A stretch of DNA of 64,000 nt from Styela clava. Taxonomy: Eukaryota. Both the position numbers and the translations under genes were made by a program. Where the stretch lies: the NCBI RefSeq assembly GCF_964204865.1, contig NC_135253.1:24924001-24988000 (forward strand), in the 5' to 3' direction. The notes below the pieces were generated by a model. That model did not search any database, was not told where the DNA came from, and saw only the letters and a program-made list of their open reading frames with translations. Positions 27,201-41,000 of the stretch are shown here, one piece after another; positions within the stretch are counted from its first letter, which is position 1, and each line of letters begins with the position of its first letter.

Positions 27201-29707
27201 AAAATTGTCATATCTAAGAGCTAATGCGAAATGGTTTTGAGATATCTTTTTTATAGTTATCTAATCTAAACTAGCTCAGGACTCGATCTTCTCCAAGGAA
27301 GATTTCAAATAATGCAACTAAACTTACAGCCCACAAAATCACATTGACAACAATGTTATACATTTAATTCAAAAAATATATACGATGTTTACAACCAGAT
27401 TTATAAATTTGTCGAGTAAAATTAGCTGACATTTTTCGATAAATGAAATGTTTGTTTTTTAGATATTAAACTGCTGAAAACTCAAAATATAGAACAAGAT
27501 GCAAAGTTGGTTGGAATAAAAAGAGATCTACTTCATGGTAACTTGCTTTACTTGAATTGTTACGGTTTCGTATGCTTGAAACCCATGAGTGCAACGACGG
27601 TATAAAAGTATTGAAATCTTTGGTTTTCTATATTCTATAAGGTGCGTTAAAAAGTAGAATCATGAACGAAATATTCACATGTCCAAATTTACAATTTATT
27701 TGATTAGTAAACTCCGCTGACGGGTGCAAAAAATCCCAGTAAAATCTTTTTTCAGAAATTAAAGCTATTGAATCGAAAAACAAGGAACAAGATGATAAGC
27801 TGGGAGCCATGGATAGAGAATATAGTAAAGGTAAAACATGGGTATCTTCATTGAACTACTGGTATTGTTTCATTCATTGCATGGTATTCGAGCAGAGGTG
27901 TCGAACCTACTTGCTATCGTGGGCCACTTCATCAGTTACCGTTGAGTAGGTGGGCTGCACAACTCACATAACATAACCCGTTTTTCATCTAATTTAGGTA
28001 AGGCTGCGGTTTCTACAACATATTCACCAACAATAATGCCATCAACTTGGCAGACGATTACTACAACAAAGACGATGCAAAGTAAGTTTTTTTTTAAAAA
28101 AATCGAAGTGGTAAAAATCTTGTACAGTACCCGACCATAAAATCGCTAAAATGCGAACCACGACACGCCACGCATTTTTCAATTTTGATGACGTCATCAG
28201 ACAAATTTTACAAGTGAAAAACGAGTTGTATAGATCCCACAAAAAATAAAAAGAATTATAGCCTTCTAGCGACAAATACAATTTTTCAAAGCAATCGGAC
28301 TAGTAATTGAAGAGAAAGGCGATTTTTTTTACAACAACATAATAATAAAAAAACTTCACTTCGTGTCCAACAAGCAAACAATATCCAAATATATGAACAC
28401 TGGGGTCGCGCATCGGCAACGGTACGGTCTAGGTGTCGTATAATAAAAGAAGATCCGTTACATACGGTAGTTTGTGACATTTCTAGTTACAGTTGAACCT
28501 ACTACACCATTCAGAAGCCGTTCAGTGCCCAGATCAATCTCAACATTCTTGAAGCAATCGCTTATTGAACGAGGTAAATAAACATGACAACAATTTCATG
28601 AAACACCCAAGTATGTAAGTATGGAATTGCCACAAGACGGGTCAAACTGCAGAAAAAAGACGGTATTAATTCCAAATAACTCGGCAGCAAAAAACTGCAA
28701 TTGAGAGAAAATGTAACTCAAGCTGCACACACCTCTGCTGCAATTGTTAGTAAATGAAACTCCGATTACAAACACCTCTGCTATCAAATTAAGATGATAT
28801 ACGCAATTCAAAACTCAAGCTATCTATAGTCATAGACCTGGCGTGTGGGAAGAGTTAGGTTATCTTCATTGATTCAACCTTTTTAACAAGACTTTTCTTT
28901 GTACAGGTGAATGTCATTTCATCGTAAACACTGTTTGCTACTGGGCTATTGTGGATTCATACAAAAGCTCTACACTCATCTCTGCAATGTCGAAGTGTAT
29001 CGCCCTCGGGTTTTATATCGTCTACGTCAAAGATGCCGATATTTACCGGCTAATTATGTTCAACACGAGACTGAGAATTCCGAGAAATCGGAATTCAATT
29101 CTTGTTCATGTTGGCGGTTTATACGACCCGGCGGTAAGTAACTTGTGATTGTCTGACAATGGGCACGATTATGCAATTTAGAGGTTTGTGCCCTATATAT
29201 AAAGTAATAATATTCAAACTAGTGTCTCATGTTATCTGAAATGAAATACGTAAGTTTCAGTATTCATTACTGATCGAATCGAAGTTGTATTTAATTCATG
29301 TATTTTTTTTTTGGAAATAGTTTTCACCCCTACAAACATTGCATTATATAGATATAGGGCGATACTTCAGTAAAGAAAAATCAAAAATTGATCCTCAATC
29401 GTTTGTCCAACTCGAATCATTTTATTAAACACTAAGGTACCATTGAAAACTCTGTCTGTACCAATAATAAGCTAAACGTTACATGATTTATATTCACTTC
29501 AACCTTTTGTTTTAGACACGAAAGACGACTCCTCCAGATATTTACACCAAATGGCATCCGAATCAGCCATACGTTCCTCGACATCGTACAGGGGCGCAGG
29601 GGATTTATGTCGAGGTCAACAAAATTCCATTTATTACTAATCAAGGCATGGGTGTTCAGCCTGCTACTTTTACTGCCAATGGTGTTATTTGTCAAAAATC
29701 CATATAA
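24232..29707 (+). CDS. Secreted coiled-coil / C-type lectin-like protein, copy 2 (exons 24232-24373, 25247-25390, 26554-26616, 26806-26868, 27463-27537, 27756-27830, 28487-28573, 28907-29133, 29516-29707)
   Basis: Intact paralogue of copy 1 with the same splice sites; 7 aa differences, all in exons 1-4. Confidence 0.85.
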
Positions 29708-30494
29708 AACAATATATAAACGAGATAGCGATCAGAGACCGCCGACTTATCGATCTAGCGGGGTATATTCTTTGCTCTGACTCAATAGCGATACCGCGTG
29801 TCCCATCACTAATAAATCAATAACTAGCTAATTGTACGACATATTTCATCCAAAATCAATAGGCTTCTTGTCCGAGATAGGATGAATGCACATGCAAAAT
29901 GAAGCAGATTCAACCTCGCTTTCGTGAGATATCGCGTAACATACGAAAGTGTCTGAAAGACAGACAAACAAATATCTATCAACTTACTTACCGATCTTAA
30001 GATCGATAAGCAACAAGCTTACCGAGAATGAATGTCATAATAATGTACATTGTTTGATAAGCGCGAGCATACATACCGAGCAAACAGTAGCAATGCAACT
30101 GAAGATTATACTACACGACCAACAAACATACCCAACACACGTAACATCGAAGAAAACTCTGACCTGGAAATAAAAAGTCAGAACAGATGTACTACGGAAA
30201 TATCTCAAAAGAATTAGGTGCTGGAAAGTTTTTAGGTAACATTGGCGTTGAGTTGAGTCTTGAATGCATCGACTAAACCAAATTGTGGCAATGATGCGTG
30301 AGATAGTCAACAGCATATACCATTCCGAAAGCCTACCAGAAATGATGTCTCAAACGAAACTATAAAACTTGTAGGGTTCTTGTTGTATAATAATGTGATA
30401 TATTGTAATATCGTTAGGTGGCGCTGTTGACCCGTATTGTCAAAGCCCATATATACCTAAGTTGCGCAACAATGGAAATTGGCCTCCTTTGGAA

Positions 30495-33400
30495 ATCTTC
30501 CACAACCTCCCTCCTTTAGCCACCGCCCTCTTTTCTTCAACACTCCCCTTCTTTAGCCACCGCCCTATCTTCCTCAACCCTTCCCTTCTCCAGCCATCGC
30601 CCTATCTTCCTCAAACTTCCCCTTCTTTAGCCACCGCCCTATCTTCCTCAACCCTCCCCTTCTTCAGCCACCGCCCTATCTTCCTCGACCCTCCCCTTCT
30701 TTAGCCACCGCCCTATCTTCCTCAACCCTCCCCTTCTTCAGCCACCGCCCTATCTTCCTTGACCCTCCCCTTCTTCAGCCACCGCCCTATCTTCCTCAAA
30801 CTTCCCCTTCTTTAGCCACCGCCCTATCTTCCTCAACCCTCCCCTTCTTCAGCCACCGCTCTATCTTCCTCGACCCTCCCCTTCTTTAGCCACCGCCCTA
30901 TCTTCCTCAAACTTCCCCTTCTTTAGCCACCGCCCTATCTTCCTCAACCCTCCCCTTCTTCAGCCACCGCCCTATCTTCCTTGACCCTCCCCTTCTTTAG
31001 CCACCGCCCTATCTTCCCCAACCCTCCCCTTCTTCAGCCACCGCCCTATCTTCCTCGACCCTCCCCTTCTTTAGCCACCGCACTATCTTTCTCAACCCTT
31101 CCCTTCTTCAGCCACCGCACTATCTTTCTCAACCCTTTCCTTCTTTAGCCACTGCCCTATCTTCCTCAAACTTCCCCTTCTTCAGCCACCGCCCTATCTT
31201 CCTTGACCCTCCCCTTCTTCAGCCACCGCCCTATCTTCCTCAAACTTCCCCTTCTTCAGCCACCGCCCTATCTTCCTCAACCCTTCCCTTCTTCAGCCAC
31301 CGCCCTATCTTCCTCGACCCTCCCCTTCTTTAGCCACCGCACTATCTTTCTCAACCCTTCCCTTCTTCAGCCACCGCACTATCTTTCTCAACCCTCCCCT
31401 TCTTCAGCCACCGCCCTATCTTCCCCAACCCTCCCCTTCTTCAGCCACCGCCCTATCTTCCTCGACCCTCCCCTTCTTTAGCCACCGCCCTATCTTCCTC
31501 AAACTTCCCCTTCTTCAGCCACCGCCCTATCTTCCTCAACCCTTCCCTTCTTCAGCCACCGCCCTATCTTCCTCGACCCTCCCCTTCTTTAGCCACCGCA
31601 CTATCTTTCTCAACCCTTCCCTTCTTCAGCCACCGCACTATCTTTCTCAACCCTCCCCTTCTTTAGCCACTGCCCTATCTTCCTCAAACTTCCCCTTCTT
31701 CAGCCACCGCCCTATCTTCCTTGACCCTCCCCTTCTTCAGCCATCGCCCTATCTTCCTCAAACTTCCCCTTCTTCAGCCACCGCCCTATCTTCCTCAAAC
31801 TTCCCCTTCTTTAGCCACTGCCCTATCTTCCTCAAACTTCCCCTTCTTCAGCCACCGCCCTATCTTCCTCAACCCTTCCCTTCTTCAGCCACCGCCCTAT
31901 CTTCCTCAAACTTCCCCTTCTTCAGCCACCGCCCTATCTTCCTTGACCCTCCCCTTCTTCAGCCACCGCCCTATCTTCCTCAACCCTCCCCTTCTTCAGC
32001 CACCGCCCTATCTTCCTTGACCCTCCCCTTATTTAGCCACCGCCCTATCTTCCCCAACCCTCCCCTTCTTCAGCCACCGCCCTATCTTCCTCAACCCTCC
32101 CCTTCTTCAGCCACCGCCCTATCTTCCTCAACCCTTCCCTTCTTCAGCCACCGCCCTATCTTCCTCAACCCTTCCCTTCTTCAGCCACCGCCCTATCTTC
32201 CTCAACCCTCCCCTTCTTCAGCCACCGCCCTATCTTCCTTGACCCTCCCCTTATTTAGCCACCGCCCTATCTTCCCCAACCCTCCCCTTCTTCAGCCACC
32301 GCCCTATCTTCCTCGACCCTCCCCTTCTTTAGCCACCGCACTATCTTTTTCAACCCTCCCCTTCTTCAGCCACCGCCCTATCTTCCTCAAACTTCCCCTT
32401 CTTTAGCCACCGCCCTATCTTCCGCGACCCTCCCCTTCTTTAGCCACCGCCCTATCTTCCTCAACCCTCCCCTTCTTCAGCCACCGCCCTATCTTCCTCG
32501 ACCCTCCCCTTCTTTAGCCACCGCCCTATCTTCCTCGCCCCTCCCCTTCTTCAGCCACCGCCCTATCTTCCTCGACCCTCCCCTTCTTCAGCCACCGCCC
32601 TATCTTCCTCGACCCTCCCCTTCTTTAGCCACCGCCCTACCTTCCTCGACCCTCCCCTTCTTCAGCCACCGCACTATCTTTCTCAACCCTCCCCTTCTTC
32701 AGCCACCGCCCTATCTTCCTCAAACTTCCCCTTCTTTAGCCACCGCCCTATCTTCCTCAACCCTCCCCTTCTTCAGCCACCGCCCTATCTCCTCAACCCT
32801 CCCCTTCTTTAGCCACCGCCCTATCGTCCTCAACCCTCCCCTTCTTCAGCCACCGCCCTATCTTCCTCGACCCTTCCCTTCTTTAGCCACCGCCCTATCT
32901 TCCTCGACCCTCCCCTTCTTCAGCCACTGCCCTATCTTTCTTAACCCTCCCCTTCTTTAGCCACCGCCCTATCTTTCTCAACCTTCCCTTTCTCTAGCCA
33001 CCGCCCTATTTTCCTCAACCCTCCCCTTCTTTAGCCAATGACCTATTTTATTCCCCCCCCTTTTTTAGCCACTGCCCCATTTTCCTTAACTCTCCCTTTT
33101 TTCAGTCACCGCCCTATTTTCTTCAACCCTTCCCTCCTTTAGCCACCACCCTATTTTCTTTAACCCTACCCTTCTTTAACCACCGCTCTATCTTCCTTCA
33201 ACCTCCCCTTCTTTCACCACCGCCCCATCTTTCTCAACCCTCCCCCTCTTTAGCCACAGCCCTATCTTCCTCAACCCTCCCCTTCTTAAGCCACCGCCCT
33301 ATACTCCTCAACCATCCCCTTTTTTTCACCAGCGCCCCATCTTTCTCAACCCTCCCCCTTAGCCCCCGCCCTATCTTCCACAACCCTCCCTCCTTCAGCC

Positions 33401-35008
33401 ACCGCCCTCTTTTCTTCAACACTCCCCTTCTTTAGCCAATGACCTATTTTATTCCCCCCCCTTTTTTAGCCACTGCCCCATTTTCCTTAACTCTCCCTTT
33501 TTTCAGTCACCGCCCTATTTTCTTCAACCCTTCCCTCCTTTAGCCACCGCCCTATTTTCTTTAACCCTCCCCTTCTTTAACCACCGCTCTATCTTCCTTC
33601 AACCTCCCCTTCTTTCACCACCGCCCCATCTTCCTCGACCCCCCCCCCTTCTTTAGCCACCGCCCTATCTTTCTCAACCCTCCCTTTTTTTAGCCACCGC
33701 CCTAACTTCTTCAACCCTACCCTTCTTCAGCCACCGCCCTATCTTCCTTAACCCTTCCCTTTTTCAGCCACTGTCCTATCTTTCTCAACCCTCCCTTTTT
33801 TTAGCCACCGCCCTAACTTCTTCAACCCTACCCTTCTTCAGCCACCGCCCTAACTTCTTCAACCCTTCCCTTCTTCAGCCACTGTCCTATCTTTCTCAAC
33901 CCTCCCCTTCTTTAGCCAATGACCTATTTTTCTCACCTCCCCCCCCCCTTCTTTAGTCACTGCCCCATATTCCTTAACTCTCCCTTTTTTCAGGCACCGC
34001 CCTATTTTTCTCAACCCTTCCCTCCTTTAGCCACCGCCCTATTTTCTTTAATCCTCCCCTTCTTTAACCACCGCTCTATCTTCCTTCACCCTCCCCTTCT
34101 TTCACCACCGCCCCATCTTTCTCAACCCTCCCCCTCTTTAGCCACGGCCCTATCTTCCTCAACCCCCCCCCCCTTCTTAAGCCACCGCCCTATCTTCCTC
34201 AACCAACCCCTTTTTTTCACCAGCGCCCCATCTTTCTCAACCCTCCCCCTTAGCCACCGCCCTATCTTCCACAACCCTCCCTCTTTCAGCCACCGCCCTC
34301 TTTTCTTCAACACTCCCCTTCTTTAGCCACCGCCCTATCTTTCTCAACCCTCCCTTTTTTTAGCCACCGCCCTAATTTCTTCAACCCTCCCCTTCTTCAG
34401 CCACCGCCCTATCTTCCCCTTCTCCAGTCTCTGCCCCGTCTTCCTCAACCCTTTCATTCTTTAGCCACTGCCCTATCTTCCCCTTCTCCAGTCACCGCCC
34501 TATCTTCCTCAACCCTTTCCTTCTTTATTCACTGCCCTATCTTCCTCAACCCTTTCCTTCTTTAGCCACCGCCCAATCGTCCTCAACCCTTTCCTTCTTT
34601 ATCCACTGCCCTATCTTCCTCAACCTTCCCTTTCTTCAGCCACTGCCCTATCTTCCTCAACCCTTTCCTTCTCCAGCCACTGCCCCGTCTTCCTCAACCC
34701 TTTCATTCTCCAGTCACCGCCCTATCTTCCTCAACCCTTTCCTTCTTTATCCACTGCCCTATCTTCCTCAACCCTTTCCTTCTTTATCCACTGCCCCATC
34801 TTCCTCAACCCTTTCCTTCTTTAGCCACCGCCCAATCGTCCTCAACCCTTTTCTTTTTTATCCACTGCCCTATCTTCCTCAACCTTCCCCTTCTTCAGCC
34901 ACTGCCCTATCTTCCTCAACCCTTTCCTTCTCCAGTCACCGCCCTATCTTCCTCAACCCTTTCCTTCTTTATCCACTGCCCTATCTTCCTCAACCCTCCC
35001 CTTCTTTA
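30495..35008. repeat. 37-bp minisatellite array 3
   Basis: Monomer-for-monomer nearly identical to array 2. Confidence 0.97.
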
Positions 35009-38000
35009 TACTAGCCTAATACTGGTCGAGGATGCCAGTGAGATGATTCAATTGCACGTCGACAAAACATGGTTGATGGCATTCGTAAATGTAGGCTGGA
35101 ATCTAAAATGGTAATCAATAACCATAATTGGTAGCTTAAAAGTGTGCTACTAATCAACCTATTGATTACCTCCGGTGCGGGATCAACGGTTTTGCCGTTT
35201 TTAAAATTTCAGACACGCCGTTTTATACCCTTGTTTTTTGGGCATGGCGTGACGAAATGATACTAATCCGAAATAAATAATAGAACACCAGTCCGGTCCG
35301 TATAAAAACTTATTTCATCATGTAGCAGAGGCGATGCCAGAGATAAATGCAACTTCATTAAATTACAAGGGCAGATAAGCTAAAAGAACAGTTGGCAACA
35401 CTGGCTACAACGAAATTTTTCATGATTTTAAAATATTTGGGAAGAGGATTATTCACTGAGAGAATTATATTTTTGATTGCTTTTCAGCTTTCAACTCAGT
35501 CAATTGAAGAAAATTTGGGTACTCCCGTAGTATGTGCACCAAGATGGCAGACACCGGAACGTAGTGTGTGTACCGAGTTATGGTTAGACCATAATTTCAG
35601 GTACAAATACCACGGGAGTCACTTCAATAATAACACGACCTGAATTGTGACAGAATGACATGGAAAGGTGTTTCATGCTCGAGAAGAATATGACAGAACA
35701 TCTTATGAAAAATCATCACCATGCGTGTAAATATTTCAATATTTCCTCATCGTTTTGCTTTACTCGGAAACATAGGTGGCCTTGAATGAGTTTCGCAAAT
35801 GAAACATTTCCAAGTATCGGGAAATCCAATGTGTTAACATTTGCTAAAAAGCTTTGTTTGTGATCACACTTCCGCGATTATCAGAAACCTACAAAGTAGC
35901 ACATTTTAAGCTACCAATTAGGGTTATTGATTTCCATTTGGAATTCCAACCTACATTTAAATGGAATGATAAATTATTTAAACAAGTGGCATTCGAAGAT
36001 TTCAAACATTTTTGTTATCATTTACACTCACTGAAGCTTTACGTTTGTTTGTTATTCAAATAGACCCTTTAATGATATATTAACAATGCCGTCCTTGTAA
36101 TGACTCTTGTTCACTTCACTATTTTAATAGCATATTTGGACAATTATACTCCTGAATTTATTATTTTCATTTATTTTATACTTACAGAATACTTACCGTA
36201 CATTATTTATAGTTCCAATTACAAATACACAACAATCCTCACCGATTCTTATAAAATTATATCTGTCGATCGTATGTAACATTTAATTGAAGATAAGCAG
36301 GCGGGTTTACTTTAACAACTCCCAGTTGGATTGGTTTCCTTATCAGTCAAAGAATGCAGAGCCCTCGACTTCAACAGTCGGTGTCGCAGGTCGCTTATTG
36401 TTTGCAACGTTTATTATTTGAAATATTTTTATAATTTTAAGGCACTTGCAATATGCCATTTTTAAGTAATCAGTTGTTCCTCATTTTGAAATTCATCATC
36501 TCATTCATGTCGTAGATTCGTTTGTGTACGAGTCTATAAAATCATATATGCTGTAAAAAATTGTAATAGTTACAAAAATTTAAATGTAAGCACGAGATAG
36601 AAATAAATCCTGAAGAACAAATTATTTATAATGTCCTGTCTTTTATCGTATGTATGATGCTTGAGTATGTGGCTTATTAGAAGGTAACGTGAGATTCTGA
36701 AGTTATTTGACTTAAATGGTTATTTGACAAATTGTTAAATGTACCGTACATACGTTTTTAACGGTTATCTCGGGCAATTTTTTTCCAAGTTTATATACCG
36801 TAAATACTCGTCATGCATTTAGGTTACGTTTTAAGCGAAAACACCGAAACAAATTTTCAAAGGTTTCTTATTTGACAAATTCAGCTCAAATACAAAGTGT
36901 CCTAGTTCAACAGCTGACTCAGTTTAATTGATCTCTTTATAACTTCCATCCTCGAGTAGTATTTTATCTATTGTCCATACATGCCTTATCATGTATATCC
37001 CTGGAAGGCAAAGGTCCATATTGGCACACGTACTTATGGAGCGCCAAAAATTTCACTTATTCTTGCTAAAAGTCTACTCTAGAATGAATGACGCCGGTTT
37101 AGAATCTGCCCTTGATCATCGCCTGTAGTTTACCTTTCCAATTTTCCGTGAGCCGTGGGTGGGCGACATAGAGTAAGAAAAATATATTTTAGATAGGTTT
37201 GATACATAATGCAAAATTAAAAAAAAACGGTTCAGCCAGGTCAGGCCGAATACAATTAAATATCATTGCACGGGAAATACAAAATCTTGTATTGAGAATT
37301 TCGTCGATAAATATCAGAGAAAGTCCAGGATATCCTCTTTTTAGAGGTCTGTCGAACAAAAAAGTTGGGATTTCTCAAAACAGCAGTAGCAACAGACCTA
37401 AAACAAAAATACAGATTCACTATGTGTTCAGAAAGCACACAAGATTTTCAATCTTTACTACTGAATACCGACAAAGGTAAAAACTTCATTGAATTTGCAC
37501 AATGGGAAAGTTAGGTAACGCTATACTCAGCACAGTTTTAAGCTCATTACTTATCGATCTTTAGATCGGTAAGTATGTTGGTAGGTATTTGTCTGTTTGT
37601 CTGTTAGATGCACGCGATATCTCATGAAGGCGTGGTTGAATCTGCTCCAAATTCTGCATGTGCATTCATCATATCTCGGACCAGAAGCCTATTGATTTGA
37701 TAAATTATGTCGTATAATTAGCGAGTTATCAATTAATTAGTGATGGGACACGCGGTGTCACTATAGAGTCATGAATCGAAACTGCAGTTTCGATCGATAA
37801 ATCTTCGGTCTCCGACCGGTATTCTCGTTTCAACTATTCTTAAATTGCCGACTTTGTCTATACTAGATAAAACTCTCCTAAAATAGATCTTGAATGATTT
37901 ATGGAAAGAAATCTTTCGAAAGATCGCATTCAAATTCCCTATTACAACGTATTGACTTCCGGAATATTTTGTTGAAACAAAAACCTGGACGTGTGTAGAT

Positions 38001-41000
38001 AACGATATTCTTATGCTCGGTCATCCGGGTCAGGTCAAACTTTCCAAAGATGTTGTTTGATCTGCTTATAAAGGTTGCAACACACGGCTTTTTAATCTGG
38101 TTTACAACACCAAACATAGAAGGGCGTCCACCCCTCATGCAAGTGTTTATAAAAGGATTGTCGCGCTATGTCATCTGAGAGATTGGTTGAACTTTTTATT
38201 CAGTCCAACCGAAAAATTTGCTGATTTTGCAAAGAATCTTGGTATATCTCCACATAGGTCCAAAATTGAGAAAAATCTTAGCAATTATCAAAATATTGGA
38301 AAAGAATCTCCAAAATTTAGCACAAATCTTTCAAAAATATATGCGACTCTTATAGTGGTTGGGCCTTAGCAGTATGTCTTGATGGCAGGGGCGGCCGCAT
38401 GCGTCTCATGTTTGGTTATTTTAAGAAAAGAAAAAAATACCTTGCAAACTACGATTCATCACGTTTCGATAAAACATATTATAATTCATCGTGCATTATT
38501 CTTTTATACCGAAGACTGGTATGGACTGGTAACATGGCGAAAGGCCGTGATCATATGATTAAGTCGAGTTATCGGCTTTTCTTTACCCCCTGGAAAAATA
38601 GGTAATCGTGATGCTTAGTTACTATTACAATAAAATAGCATTGCAGCAGAGCTGAATAAAGGTATATCTGATGTTTATGTGTGTTCTTGTTTGAAATGCG
38701 GCTCTTTGGATGTCAAGTCCAAGCTTGTTTATTGAGTGAGCAATAAGTCACCATATAGCAGTGTTTCCCAAATTCCGTTGGTCGCGAATCATTTCTGGAG
38801 AATCGCGTAGGAGTCAAAACACAAGAATTGTATGAACATTTGTTACAATTTTCAATCTGACTAATAATTCTGGTCTCAAATATTCGTAGATTAGGTCTAA
38901 GTCCACTTGAAAGCCTCTCAGGTACTGAATAAGGTATTTGACCGATTATATTAGAAAAGTGAGCATTCAAACAATTCTTTACTTTTCATTTTATATAAAA
39001 ACAAACAAATTTATTAAAAGTAAAAAAAAACGCATCAGAAATCTAATTTCCGCTTTAAAAAATGTTTTCGCCTTAATTTCGTATTTTTTATTTCAATGGG
39101 ATTGTTTGTCCCTGACTTTTCTATATTTTTCCTACAAATTAGGGTCGTTTTTATCTGCTTTTTCAAAAGAGCAATATAAGGTGTGTGTTTTTTTTTTCAA
39201 ATATTATAAAATTTCTCATTATTTAAATAATATATCGCCCTATTGATAACAAAAGAATATACAGTAGTAATCGATTTATCTATATAAGACCATGTTCAGG
39301 CAGAACTCTTCTGAAACTCAAAAAAACATTTAATCCACTTTAGTATACTCATTCTAAATAATAAAACTAGTCAAGCGCGAATACCCTGATGTAACAAACC
39401 ACATAGGAATTTTGCGCAACTCTAGCGCCCTAAGAAGTTTCAAAATAATACAAGTTGTTAATTATAAATAAACGCCCGAGTGAAGTATAAACCTGACGCC
39501 AAATGTTAGTAGAAATATTTGACGAGACAAAAAATCAAAAGGTGATTAATAAATATTAATAATTAAGAGACAAAAAAGGAATAGTCGACTTCTTTGCATT
39601 TAAATAATGAGAGTTTGAAAACAATTAGTCCATTAGTTACTGAGAAAAGTTGCAGAATTTTAGGATTCAAAAAAGATTGCGAATAGTAATTTAGAAAACG
39701 ATCCATGGGATTACTTTGCCTGTAATAATATAACTTTAAATGAGCTTAAACTGAGACTCACAAACAAAACTGATAAATTCACACAATCCGTTACATTCCG
39801 AGATCAAAATCGGACTGTCATGAACTCATTACATGTTTGTAGCATGGCGAAAGTATTTCAATGTTGACATGTTTCTGGCGTTACAAACCAGTTCGCCTCG
39901 AGGTATGTCTGATAAGTTAGTCAATACAGGAAGTGAAACGCTTATTAGCGTAGTATTATCTAGACATAGGCTCTAACTTATGAAATGCAATTAAGACCAG
40001 GACAATAGCCAGGACAATAGCCTACAACAGGATTTAGGATTCACACCTAAATCTTGACCCAGAATACTATACACCAAGCGTGTGCAACCTTTTATACAGG
40101 AGAGCCAGATACAAATAACTGGGCGAAACCTCGAGACGCACCTATATCTAACATATGCTTTCTAGTAGTTACGGACACAAAAACTGTTTCTTTCTGTTAT
40201 TAATCTTAAAACATGCGTTGTTCGCACTGCACAAGATGATATCATTTTAACGTCATTTATGTTAAATTGGACTCGGGTATAGATTTTGCAAGGCTAAAGA
40301 ATCGGAATTACTCTTACGTACCAGATTAAACTAAATTGAAACTCGTTTGACGGGCCGTAAACCTTCAAAGTTGGCACTTCTTCGCGGGTCGCCGAATTTT
40401 TCCTTGTGGGCCACATTTAGCCTGCGAGCCGCTTGCACACCCCTGCTATACACTGATCGTATTGATTAAAACATTTTAACGCACATAAGAAAGCCAGCCC
40501 TTATGTACAGGTTAGGATATTTCATATTCAGCAAGTGAACTAGTTTGTTAGAATTAATCATACGATGGACCCGGACCACAGAGCCGTTGGTGTACAGTCA
40601 TGAGAAAGAAAGAAATCGTTTTCGATCAGATATGTTACATGACGTTTCACACTCTTTTCATCCCGAGAAGGGCTTCGAATAAACATCCCCTTATATGCGA
40701 GGATTATATTTGTGGGTACCTTTGTTGAAGTGGGGGGCATTGACAATAAATTTAATAATTTCATGGATTGTTTTGCGAAATATTTTTCGTTGTTGTAGTT
40801 GCAAAAGTTGCTTTCTTCCACAAATAAAGTACGAATCGATTTCAAATTTGCAATTACTTTGCTTTTACCTTTATTCATTCGAGTCCAACGAGGCACGTTA
40901 TCACGCCCTAAATTTCGCTATTTTATTTTAAATCCTGCGGACACTTTTGTATGGCATGACTATATAACTGAGCATTACAATCTGGTTTAGTACTTCCGAA

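Larger units (their letters stand above)
17805..35008. repeat. ~17.2-kb tandem segmental unit 2
   Basis: Colinear with unit 1 and with unit 3 (offset 17204 at the start). Confidence 0.95.
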
